Assembly: GCF_000018105.1 (NCBI RefSeq)
Contig: NC_009925.1
Span: 1-32,000, forward strand
Length of the DNA stretch: 32,000 bases
Direction: 5' to 3'
Source: Acaryochloris marina MBIC11017
GTDB taxonomy: Bacteria; Cyanobacteriota; Cyanobacteriia; Thermosynechococcales; Thermosynechococcaceae
Part shown: piece after piece, positions 18,826-27,420 of the stretch
Layout: every line of letters starts with the position of its first letter
How positions within the stretch are numbered: the stretch's first letter is position 1
The notes under the pieces: generated by a model
Told to the model about the DNA's origin: nothing
Seen by the model: the letters and a program-made list of their open reading frames with translations, nothing else
Databases searched by the model: none
Made by a program: the position numbers and the translations under genes

Positions 18826-19227
18826 CTATTCTTGAAATGTAGACAGTCCAGCTTGAATCACACCCATCAAATCTTCTTCATTCCATGGCTTCGAAATATA
18901 AGCATGAAGTTGCATGTTCTGATGAATCCGCTCGACAGCAGATTGATCTGCTTGCCCCGACAACAACACCGTCACAATTTCAGGAAATTTTTGATGTAAC
19001 TCAATGAGGAATTCGTCTCCTTTGGTTCCGGGCATTAACCAATCTGAAATAATGAGGAGAATTTCAACATCATCCTCTTTCAGTTCATCAATGACTTCCC
19101 AAGCTTCTTCAACACTCTCAGCAATTTCACAGGTGTGCTGATCACCAAAATATTTACTAATTTGGTCTCGTAGACTTCTGAGGACTACAGATTCATCATC
19201 AACACAAAGAATCGCTGAATTTGCCAT
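18826..19227 (-). CDS. Single-domain CheY-like response regulator
   Basis: ILCVDDE...IISDWLMPGTKG...SKPW receiver motifs. It ends 7 nt upstream of the kinase start codon. Confidence 0.85.
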   Translation of the reverse strand: MANSAILCVDDESVVLRSLRDQISKYFGDQHTCEIAESVEEAWEVIDELKEDDVEILLIISDWLMPGTKGDEFLIELHQKFPEIVTVLLSGQADQSAVERIHQNMQLHAYISKPWNEEDLMGVIQAGLSTFQE

Positions 19228-19436
19228 TTCTATTTTTATTTAGCCTCTAAACAATACCCTCAATAATCCTTATTCATGAACAGAACAATCGATTATTGTC
19301 TTTCGAAAATTATTTATTCTAAACAGTTCAAAATAGTCAGCATAGAAAGAAGATCAGGGTGATCCCGCAAACAACAGAACCATTCCCAGTTTGCCCAGTT
19401 ATTCCTCTGACTTGAAACTTTAGGACCAGGAGTTCA

Positions 19437-20334
19437 GAGGCTGTTTGAGAAGTGAGTAAAGCTCTCAAGGTACTAATCTGTCAATACACAAACACTGGAC
19501 AGGACCTAGAGAGCAATGCCTACAGCATATGATAGCGACCTCACCACCCTGCAATGGGAATTACTTGAGCCTTTGATTCCTGCCGCTAAACCTGGAGGTA
19601 GACCTCGCACCACTGATATGCTCAGTGTTCTCAATGCCATTTTTTATCTTGTGGTTACGGGTTGTCAGTGGAGACAACTACCCCATGATTTTCCCTGTTG
19701 GTCAACGGTCTATAGCTATTTTCGAAGGTGGCGCGATGATGGGACTTGGGTCCACATCAATGAACATCTGCGCATGCAAGAGCGGGTGAGTGAAGACCGT
19801 CATCCAAGTCCCAGTGCCGCCATCTGCGATGCTCAATCGGTTAAAGTCGGCAATCCTCGGTGTCACTCGATTGGGTTTGATGGTGGGAAAATGGTCAAAG
19901 GTCGTAAACGTCATGTGCTCGTTGATACTTTAGGGCTGGTTTTGATGGTGATGGTCACTGCTGCCAATATCTCTGACCAACGAGGGGCCAAAATACTGTT
20001 TTGGAAAGCTCGACGCCAAGGTGCGAGTTTGTCCCGTCTAGTTCGCATATGGGCCGATGCTGGCTATCAAGGACAAGCTTTGATGAAGTGGGTAATGGAC
20101 CGTTTTCAATATGTCTTGGAAGTAGTCAAACGCTCAGATAATCTTGCGGGGTTTCAGGTTGTTTCCAAACGATGGATTGTAGAACGGACGTTTGGATGGT
20201 TGTTGTGGTCTCGACGTCTTAATAAAGATTATGAGGTGCTGACCAGAACAGCTGAAGCGCTCGCATATGTGGCGATGATTCGACTCATGGTTCGAAGGCT
20301 AGCGCAGGAGCACTAAAACTTCTCAAACAGCCTC
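19437..20334 (+). mobile_element. IS5-family insertion sequence, intact
   Basis: Perfect 17-bp terminal inverted repeats GAGGCTGTTTGAGAAGT (19437-19453) and ACTTCTCAAACAGCCTC (20318-20334). A 3-bp direct duplication TCA flanks them (19434-19436 and 20335-20337). It contains a single transposase ORF. Confidence 0.85.
19516..20316 (+). CDS. IS5-family DDE transposase
   Basis: N-terminal LTTLQWELLEPLIP...GRPR...CQWRQLP and the DDE region (DAQSVK, WADAGYQG, WIVERTFGWL). Confidence 0.9.
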   Translation: MPTAYDSDLTTLQWELLEPLIPAAKPGGRPRTTDMLSVLNAIFYLVVTGCQWRQLPHDFPCWSTVYSYFRRWRDDGTWVHINEHLRMQERVSEDRHPSPSAAICDAQSVKVGNPRCHSIGFDGGKMVKGRKRHVLVDTLGLVLMVMVTAANISDQRGAKILFWKARRQGASLSRLVRIWADAGYQGQALMKWVMDRFQYVLEVVKRSDNLAGFQVVSKRWIVERTFGWLLWSRRLNKDYEVLTRTAEALAYVAMIRLMVRRLAQEH

Positions 20335-20342
20335 TCACTTTT

Positions 20343-21668
20343 CTACAGTAAAGCGGCTGCTCTTTCAGCTAAATCTGACCGTTCACCTTGGTATAGGGTG
20401 ATATGGCCGGCAATGGACTCAGATTTAAATCGCTCTACTACATAAGTCAACCCATTACTGGCCGCATCCACATAGGGGTTATCGATTTGCTCAGGGTCTC
20501 CAGTGAGCACCACTTTGGTATCTTCCCCAGCACGAGTCAGAATGGTCTTAACTTCATGGGGAGTAAGGTTTTGGGCTTCATCCACAATCAAAAATTGTTT
20601 GGGAATGGTCCGTCCGCGAATATAGGTGAGGGGTTCTATTTGGAGGAGCCCTTGGTCCATTAACTCTTCATGTCCCCGCCGCCAATGCTGAGGTTGCCCT
20701 GCCGCTTCTTGAGTCCCAAAAATCAGATCAAAATTGTCATAGAGGGGCTGCATCCAAGGGGTGAGTTTTTCGTCAATATCTCCCGGTAAATACCCCAAAT
20801 CTCGTCCCATGGGAACCACAGGACGGGCTATTAACAAACGACTGTAGTTCTTCTCATCCGCAACTTTATGTAATCCTGCTGCGATCGCAATCAACGTTTT
20901 GCCGGTTCCCGCTTTCCCGACCAAGGTGACTAAAGCAATATCGTCTCGCATGAGTAATTCAAAGGCGAATTTTTGTTCGCGATTCCGCGCCCGAATTCTA
21001 GAAATGCCGTTATGGGGAAATTTGGGCAACGGCATGACTTCGCCCGTATGATCTCCAGCTAAAGCTAAGGCTGTATGGGAAGGCTTGAGGCTATCCACTA
21101 AAGTAACCGCCTGATTGGGCCATGTTTTTTCGGCCAGGGTGGTCTGTCCCGATTGGAAGAGTTGACTAATCGTATCGCTCCCTACCATGACTGAAGTCAT
21201 GCCAGTATAGAGCCCTTCAAAATCAACTTTATCCGTGGAGTAATCCTCTGCAGCCAATCCCAATACATCCGCTTTAATGCGGAGATTGGTATCTTTGCTC
21301 ACTAAAGCCACGGGACATTGGCACTGATTTTTCAGTTCCAAGGCCACGGCCAGAATTGCGTTATCGGCTTGGTCCCCTTCTAGTTCTGGGGGAAGCTCGT
21401 TAAGGGTGATGCGATCGCACAAAGCAACCCGTATTGTTCCACCCTTTGGCAGTTCAATCCCTTTTGTCAGCTGCCCCTGCGCCCTCAGATCATCCAAGGT
21501 TCGCGACACCTGACGGGCATTCCGCCCGGTCTCTTGGGGCTGCTTTTTGAACCGATCGAGTTCTTCGATAATCGTAATCGGCAAGACTACGTCGTTATCC
21601 TCAAAGCGAAAGATGGCATTTGGATCATGCAGCAGTACATTCGTATCAAGGACAAACGCTTTTTTCAT
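20343..21668 (-). CDS. PIN-PhoH fusion ATPase (PhoH2/YlaK-like)
   Basis: N-terminal PIN domain (FVLDTNVLLHDP...IIEELD) and a PhoH P-loop (GKAGTGKT, LIVDEAQN). Confidence 0.85.
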   Translation of the reverse strand: MKKAFVLDTNVLLHDPNAIFRFEDNDVVLPITIIEELDRFKKQPQETGRNARQVSRTLDDLRAQGQLTKGIELPKGGTIRVALCDRITLNELPPELEGDQADNAILAVALELKNQCQCPVALVSKDTNLRIKADVLGLAAEDYSTDKVDFEGLYTGMTSVMVGSDTISQLFQSGQTTLAEKTWPNQAVTLVDSLKPSHTALALAGDHTGEVMPLPKFPHNGISRIRARNREQKFAFELLMRDDIALVTLVGKAGTGKTLIAIAAGLHKVADEKNYSRLLIARPVVPMGRDLGYLPGDIDEKLTPWMQPLYDNFDLIFGTQEAAGQPQHWRRGHEELMDQGLLQIEPLTYIRGRTIPKQFLIVDEAQNLTPHEVKTILTRAGEDTKVVLTGDPEQIDNPYVDAASNGLTYVVERFKSESIAGHITLYQGERSDLAERAAALL

Positions 21669-21811
21669 AGGGGAGATTAAAACCGAATAAGAGAATGGTT
21701 AGCCGAAAGTTGATACTTCATTACAGCACATTGGCCTTGATCCTAGCGTCCCAATTGAAGCCATACCGATTCAGATTTTATTGTGCCTTCAGCTTTGTAT
21801 GGAAAGACAGC

Positions 21812-21844
21812 AGAAAGCCCACCTTTTTAATGGGTGGGCTTTCT
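21812..21844. terminator. 12-bp perfect stem hairpin downstream of 21929-22396
   Basis: AGAAAGCCCACC (21812-21823), a 9-nt loop, then GGTGGGCTTTCT (21833-21844). There is no clear U tract on either strand. Confidence 0.4.
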
Positions 21845-21928
21845 AATAGCTAATTCTCTTAAATTAAGAGAATGGACTGATGCTAGTTGCTGCTACTGCA
21901 AGAGAAATTCCCCTCACAAAAGCAGCTA

Positions 21929-22396
21929 TTACTTGATTGACCTGAGTTTGCGAGATAGCACAGCCGCCGATCCCATCCCGCCAGAGAGAACTATTGCCAC
22001 AAGGGGAATTTGAGGAGACTGGTGCTGAGGGACTTCGCTAATCTCGTTTATATTGATTCCCTTCGGGGTCACTGGCACCGTCAAAATATCTTGATGACCC
22101 GATTCGCCAATGCTAACTTCCCATTCTCCCGGCATTTTTTCGCTGGTATCAAAGGTAAACTGGCCATTTTCATCCGTTTCGGTCTCCATCACTGGCTCAG
22201 TCAAATTGTCAGGGGAATAGATTTTGACTTTGGCCTTTTTATGGGGTTCACCTGTACTAAATACAGCCGTAAACTGAACCTTATTCACTTCTTCTAAGAC
22301 ATAGTTCGTCTCCAGGGCATGGGCCATCACACGAACAGGAACTCCCAGTACAGCCAACAACAGAAGCGGCATTAATACTTTAGATTTCATCTGCAT
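21929..22396 (-). CDS. Small secreted beta-rich protein with C-terminal membrane anchor (hypothetical)
   Basis: Signal peptide MKSKVLMPLLLLAVLGVPVRVMA/HALE, a beta-sandwich-like core (KVKIYSPD...ETDENGQFTF), and a C-terminal hydrophobic segment with a basic tail. Confidence 0.55.
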   Translation of the reverse strand: MQMKSKVLMPLLLLAVLGVPVRVMAHALETNYVLEEVNKVQFTAVFSTGEPHKKAKVKIYSPDNLTEPVMETETDENGQFTFDTSEKMPGEWEVSIGESGHQDILTVPVTPKGININEISEVPQHQSPQIPLVAIVLSGGMGSAAVLSRKLRSIK

Positions 22397-22536
22397 TCTT
22401 CCCCTAAGGTTTCGTTTTCAACAAAGGTTTCAGCACCAAACACTCGAAGATTGGCTCTATCCTACCGATTAATTCTCAATCTTTCACCCCATTCCAACCC
22501 AATTATGCCCCTTACCCCAAAAAATTCACTCACGGG

Positions 22537-25500
22537 CTAATCCCGACTCCAGACTTTAATGGCACTATTTTTACTGCTACTGACCAAAGACTGACCATCA
22601 GCGGCAAAAGCCAAGGAATAAATATCACCTTGGTAACCTGTAAGGGTATGACGCAAGGCCCCCGTAGAAAGATTCCAGAGTTTAACCGTCCGATCTAAAC
22701 TCCCTGTTGCCAATGTATTCCCATCGGGACTAAAGGTCACCGCGGTCACCGGCTTGGTATGTTCCTGAATGGTTCGATTTAATTTTCCAGATTTCAGATC
22801 CCAGAGCTTCACGGTCTTATCCTGACTGGCACTGGCTAACCGCTGGCTGGAAGGTCCAAAGGCAATGGAAATCACCCGACCCGTATGTCCCTTAAATGTC
22901 CGAAGGAGTTTGCCCGTCTTCAGCTCCCATAACTTCACCGTCTTATCGCTGCTGGCACTGGCAATCATTTGACCATTCGAACTAATAGCCACGGATCGCA
23001 CTTGTCCTGAATGGCCCTTGAGGGTGCGGACGAGCTTGCCCGTTTTGATATTCCACACTTTTAGGGTTCGATCTTCACTCCCACTGACCAGCAATGTACC
23101 GTCAGGGCTGATGGCTACAGACCATACAGTCATCGGATGGGCCGCAAAGGTTCTCAGCAGCTTCCCGGTTGGTACATCCCAGAGTTTAATCGTGCAATCC
23201 CCACTAGCACTGGCTAAGATTTTGCCTTTGGGGCCTAGGGCAATCGTCCAAACCTGATCTTTGTGATCTGACAGAGTACGGATGAGCTGGCCTTTCCCTA
23301 AGTTCCACAACTTAATATCGTTTTGGTCACCACTGCCAATCAAGGTCTTGCCATCTGGGCTGAGGGCAACGGACCAAATCGCCTGTTTCGGGGCATTCGA
23401 CAAGGTTTTTAATTGAGCATTCTTCCAGTTGATACCCGCTTGGCATTGGGAAAATAGTTTCTGAGCAGAGGGATAGAGTCGAGAATCTTTGGGAATATTT
23501 TGAGTCTGGGCAATACAGTTGTCATAGCGTTTCTGCTGGGCCAGGGATTGCCAAAACTCCATCTGCTGTGCCTCTTTCTGCCGCTGTTGCGCCTCTTGTT
23601 GTTGACGCAGAACAGACATTAGTAGCAGAAGTGCGATCGCACCCGCCCCCGCAAACCACCATACCCGCTTGGGCACCGACTGCACCTGACGCCAAGACAC
23701 GGAAGACAGGTTCACCCGATATCGAGCATTCCGTACAGACTGACTCACGGTCATAGACAGATTTTGCCCCAGAGAAGTCAGGCGCTGAGCTGAGGTCTTC
23801 AGGGTCTGTTGCCCAACCCCCAAAGCCTGATGGAGCGGCTGAATCACCGTTTGATTTGACCAGGTTGTACTAGGTACCGCTCGTCTCGGCGGTTCAGGGG
23901 CTTGACCAGGAAATTGGATCACCTGAACCTGACGAATAATCGCTGATTCAACCGGAATCGTATCTGCATCCGTTAACCCTAAGGTGGCTTGAAACTGCCG
24001 AAACTGATCCTGTAAATAATCACTGACCGGATATTCTTGGCGCACAGCCTCCACAAAGGCCATGGCATATTCTTGCAGTTTAGTCTGATAGGCTTTACCC
24101 GGTTTACTCACCTCCGCCTCAATTATCTTGGCCATCTCTATATCCAGATCAAGGCTGGACTGGAGATTATCCAAAATCACCCGATTGACCGGCGATACCT
24201 CACCACGACCCGCATAGAATTCGAACTGACGGCGATAGACAAATTGGGGTTCATCGATGGCAGCTTGAGCCAAAGCTAAATTCTGCACCGCCTTGACATT
24301 ATAAATTTGCGGTTCAATCGCTGGAATCTCTTGTTTGACCTTTCGCTTCCCATAGGCATACCATTCCTCCACCGAAATACTGCCGTCACAATTTTGATCT
24401 GCAGCCCCGGTTCTTAACCCTTCCACTAAGTAAAATGTGTAAAGGGATAGATCAGCCCCCTTATGCACAAATGCATGGCGAGCCTGAGTCGCTGAGGTCA
24501 TAATCGTCCGCCCCAACCCCCCTAAATATTGAGGGAGATTCACCCCCCCTAGATGGGGATTATTAGCAGAGGTGTCAGTTTGTCGATAGCAGCAATCTAG
24601 AACTACAACCTGTCGTTCTGCCTTACTATCATTCAAAATATCTTGGAGCAGATCGGCTGAAACAAGGGTTGACCGCACCACTTTACCTTTTGAGTTGGTG
24701 CGGCTCATACTAGTGGTTAACCCAAACCGGCCATGATCATCCAGCACCACCCCATGACCAGAAAAATAGACTACGAGCAAATCATCAATATCTCGATCTT
24801 GGCAAAAGCTTTCTAGGGATTCTGCCAAAATCTGGGGATTGGGGTTCAGTAGGGTTTGGACCTCATCAAAGGCAGCGATTTTGGGGTTCTCTAGGACTTG
24901 CTTCATAACCGCAATATCCTGCTGAACCCCTGGCAATGGTTCAAATCCATGCTCACAATGACTGACCCCAATCAACAGGGCATTCTTAGTCGTGGGTACC
25001 CGAGTCATCGAGTCTAAGGTAATTCTCGGAGACTCTAGCAAACGCTCTAGAGAAGACAAAAGGGGCTGATTATCCACGTCTGGTACGAGGGCATCAGCTG
25101 ATGTTTCTTGCGGCATTTGAGGATCATTCTCCTTGCCATTCGCCAACTCCGACTCGCCGGGAATAGCCACCGAGAAATTGAGTAGTTTACCTTTGTTGAG
25201 TAGCAAACGACATCGTGCCCGGGTACCAGACGGAATCATCACGCCGGGCAATGTCGGCTGCAAATCATCTATCTGGTCAATGACTACCCTATGGAGATCA
25301 GACGAAACCCTATGACGTTCAATAAACGTCACAGGACCTCTCTCCAAGCAGGCATAGATTGTATCCAAGAGGGGATTATCCAGGACCCCTGATAAACAAT
25401 AGGCAATAAAGTAGGGGATGTGACTTCGGCCTAAATCATCATCCCCTTGGTTATACATCCAGCCAAATAAGGTTAACTCAGGAGAGATTTGAGCAAGATA

Positions 25501-25671
25501 AGCCGCTCGATACCCTGGCTGAGGCGGCGCATAAGAATTCCAATATTTATAAACCACCTGGGTTAAAAAAACTTGCTTCACTTCCTCCGGGACATCAGCA
25601 CTACTGAGAGTCTGAAAGCCCTGATCAGGGAAGCTAGTGTAAACCAGTTGACCAAGATCTAGCGTTAGCAT
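22537..25671 (-). CDS. Multidomain protein: unknown N-terminal domain - caspase (peptidase C14) - EF-hand - helical linker - TM - 7x WD40
   Basis: Caspase His in VVYFSGHGV (H306) and Cys in VVVLDCCY (C360/361). EF-hand loop DQNCDGSISVEE (24364-24399). Hydrophobic VWWFAGAGAIALLLLMSVL (23608-23664). Seven WD40 units end in KLWN/KLWD/KVWN. Confidence 0.9.
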   Translation of the reverse strand: MLTLDLGQLVYTSFPDQGFQTLSSADVPEEVKQVFLTQVVYKYWNSYAPPQPGYRAAYLAQISPELTLFGWMYNQGDDDLGRSHIPYFIAYCLSGVLDNPLLDTIYACLERGPVTFIERHRVSSDLHRVVIDQIDDLQPTLPGVMIPSGTRARCRLLLNKGKLLNFSVAIPGESELANGKENDPQMPQETSADALVPDVDNQPLLSSLERLLESPRITLDSMTRVPTTKNALLIGVSHCEHGFEPLPGVQQDIAVMKQVLENPKIAAFDEVQTLLNPNPQILAESLESFCQDRDIDDLLVVYFSGHGVVLDDHGRFGLTTSMSRTNSKGKVVRSTLVSADLLQDILNDSKAERQVVVLDCCYRQTDTSANNPHLGGVNLPQYLGGLGRTIMTSATQARHAFVHKGADLSLYTFYLVEGLRTGAADQNCDGSISVEEWYAYGKRKVKQEIPAIEPQIYNVKAVQNLALAQAAIDEPQFVYRRQFEFYAGRGEVSPVNRVILDNLQSSLDLDIEMAKIIEAEVSKPGKAYQTKLQEYAMAFVEAVRQEYPVSDYLQDQFRQFQATLGLTDADTIPVESAIIRQVQVIQFPGQAPEPPRRAVPSTTWSNQTVIQPLHQALGVGQQTLKTSAQRLTSLGQNLSMTVSQSVRNARYRVNLSSVSWRQVQSVPKRVWWFAGAGAIALLLLMSVLRQQQEAQQRQKEAQQMEFWQSLAQQKRYDNCIAQTQNIPKDSRLYPSAQKLFSQCQAGINWKNAQLKTLSNAPKQAIWSVALSPDGKTLIGSGDQNDIKLWNLGKGQLIRTLSDHKDQVWTIALGPKGKILASASGDCTIKLWDVPTGKLLRTFAAHPMTVWSVAISPDGTLLVSGSEDRTLKVWNIKTGKLVRTLKGHSGQVRSVAISSNGQMIASASSDKTVKLWELKTGKLLRTFKGHTGRVISIAFGPSSQRLASASQDKTVKLWDLKSGKLNRTIQEHTKPVTAVTFSPDGNTLATGSLDRTVKLWNLSTGALRHTLTGYQGDIYSLAFAADGQSLVSSSKNSAIKVWSRD
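22540..23409 (-). repeat. Seven tandem WD40 coding repeats (about 126-bp period)
   Basis: aa 755-1044. The units are H..V.S[VI]A.SPDG..L.S.S.D.T[IV]K[LV]W. Confidence 0.85.
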
Positions 25672-25696
25672 CAGAAGGTCTTCCTAAAAAGTGAGA

Positions 25697-27079
25697 TTAA
25701 GGGCTAGGTTTAGACTGAGCCTTATCAGCCAACTTCCGAATTTCTTGCTTTAACTGATCCGTCGGCGCAGCAGCCTCAGCCTTACTATATAGGGCTTTTG
25801 CGGCCTTGTTATCCCCCTGTTCGCTTCGCAAGGTCGCTTTGCTGGTTAAAGCGAGTATGCTTTGTGGGTCTATTGTAAGGATTTTGTCATAGACCGTTTC
25901 TTCTTTCTGCTTGTTCCCGTTCAAGGCATATAGCCCAGCTAGTTCAAACAGAAAATCCGACTTCTCTGGCTGTTGCTCCACCAGCTTTTCCATCAGGGGT
26001 AGGGCTTTATCAAATTCTGTTAAATCTGAATAGAGCCGAGAGAGCTGTAGCAGAGCTTCAGGATCCGTCGGAGATTTTTCCAAAATCTCTTCGTATTGCT
26101 TAACCTTTTCACTCGGCGTTGAGTTTGCTTGTTCGGTAGACGAATTGCCTAACAGCCCCGTCCCAAATCCAATGGCCACCGCAACTCCGATGGCCAGCAG
26201 GCTGCCTATGGCTGCCACACCCCAGAGCTGCTTATTATTGGCAGTAGTTCCCCCTGCTCTAGCCCGAGAAGGGGATAAAGGTTGGGCACTATTATCTAAC
26301 AATCGGTTAAAACCACTAGCCAACGATTGGGGCTTACCTTTTCGATGAATTTTACTTAGCTCTGTCGCCAACCATAGCAACGGCGCAGAAGCCCCTTTTG
26401 CCTGCAGAACCGACATTTTTCCATTTTTAACGATGGGAATCGTAGAGTAAAATCTGCGGTATTGAATCTGATTCGCATCCAAACGGGCCATTAAAGGGCG
26501 GATATTTTCTTCTATTTTTAGTAATTTCTGGGGATTTTCCGCCAAAAGATCACATTTTGTCAGCACAATAGCAAAAATATAGGTCAAACCACTTTGTCGA
26601 GCCAGTGAGGCGATGGTTTCTACCTGTTTCACAATGCCTTGAAGCGTCTGGCTATAAGCAGAATTATTAAATAGCGTATAGGTATCAATAAAGACACAAC
26701 AACCATGGGAGTCCATCACCATTTTCTGGAAATTGGGATTGTCGTTGTTGCAGATTTCTCCTGGGATATCCCACCAGCGAAACTGACACAGATCCTTTTC
26801 ACCAAAAAGGTTTTGAGTTTTTGCGGCAAAATTAAAATTCGTTATTTTCATCGTTGCTGGCGGATATTGACCTGTTTGGGCAATATATTCCAGCAAGGTG
26901 TTCAGGTTATGTTGAACCTGGGTATCCTGACAGTCAAACCAGGTAGATGATTTTCGCGACCCACTATTCGCTTTTTGCTCAGCATAGCTACCCACTAAAA
27001 AGACAGTTTTACCCACACCCCGATGACCAATGCTGAGTAAGTTAAACGTCTGGGTTTTTGTTTTTGACGGAGCATTCAT
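25697..27079 (-). CDS. Small Ras/MglA-like GTPase domain - TM - TPR protein
   Basis: G1 GHRGVGKT (27005-27028), G3 WDIPGE and G4 TKCD. A hydrophobic segment LWGVAAIGSLLAIGVAVAIGFGTGLL (26150-26227) is preceded by RARAGG. C-terminal TPR-like repeats lie at about 25760-26107. The stop is 25 nt upstream of the caspase-WD40 start. Confidence 0.8.
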   Translation of the reverse strand: MNAPSKTKTQTFNLLSIGHRGVGKTVFLVGSYAEQKANSGSRKSSTWFDCQDTQVQHNLNTLLEYIAQTGQYPPATMKITNFNFAAKTQNLFGEKDLCQFRWWDIPGEICNNDNPNFQKMVMDSHGCCVFIDTYTLFNNSAYSQTLQGIVKQVETIASLARQSGLTYIFAIVLTKCDLLAENPQKLLKIEENIRPLMARLDANQIQYRRFYSTIPIVKNGKMSVLQAKGASAPLLWLATELSKIHRKGKPQSLASGFNRLLDNSAQPLSPSRARAGGTTANNKQLWGVAAIGSLLAIGVAVAIGFGTGLLGNSSTEQANSTPSEKVKQYEEILEKSPTDPEALLQLSRLYSDLTEFDKALPLMEKLVEQQPEKSDFLFELAGLYALNGNKQKEETVYDKILTIDPQSILALTSKATLRSEQGDNKAAKALYSKAEAAAPTDQLKQEIRKLADKAQSKPSP

Positions 27080-27420
27080 AAGTTAGTACTAACGAAAAAG
27101 TGGGAAAAAGTAAAAGTGCTAATGCCAAGGTTTTGGTTATTGTCTCTAATTTACATAGAGCAAGATCTCTTAGGGAAGCTTTGTTAATCATTGTTGCATA
27201 GGCTAGAACCACTACCGCTAGGTTATAGGTTTAGTGCTAGCCCATAACATATTGACCGTATCATCGTTTCCAGTAGCCTCCCTATTCATAGAGATAATGA
27301 GCAGACTACAGTTAGATATCTGGCCTATCTGACCATTTTGCGGGAGATATTGTTGCCAGGTTGGCAGAGAGAATCGTTTGCGATCGCACCCCAATCCCCT
27401 CAATACATCCAGGGCAACAT

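Noticed and set aside
22540-23409. Periodic DNA repeats as a possible CRISPR or tandem-repeat array
   Set aside because: The 126-bp period corresponds to WD40 coding units within one long ORF. There are no short identical direct repeats with unique spacers anywhere in the window.
27080-27420. 61-aa ORF (27218-27403) in the 340-bp region upstream of the GTPase gene
   Set aside because: It is short, has no motifs, and lies in a likely promoter region, so I treat it as non-coding.
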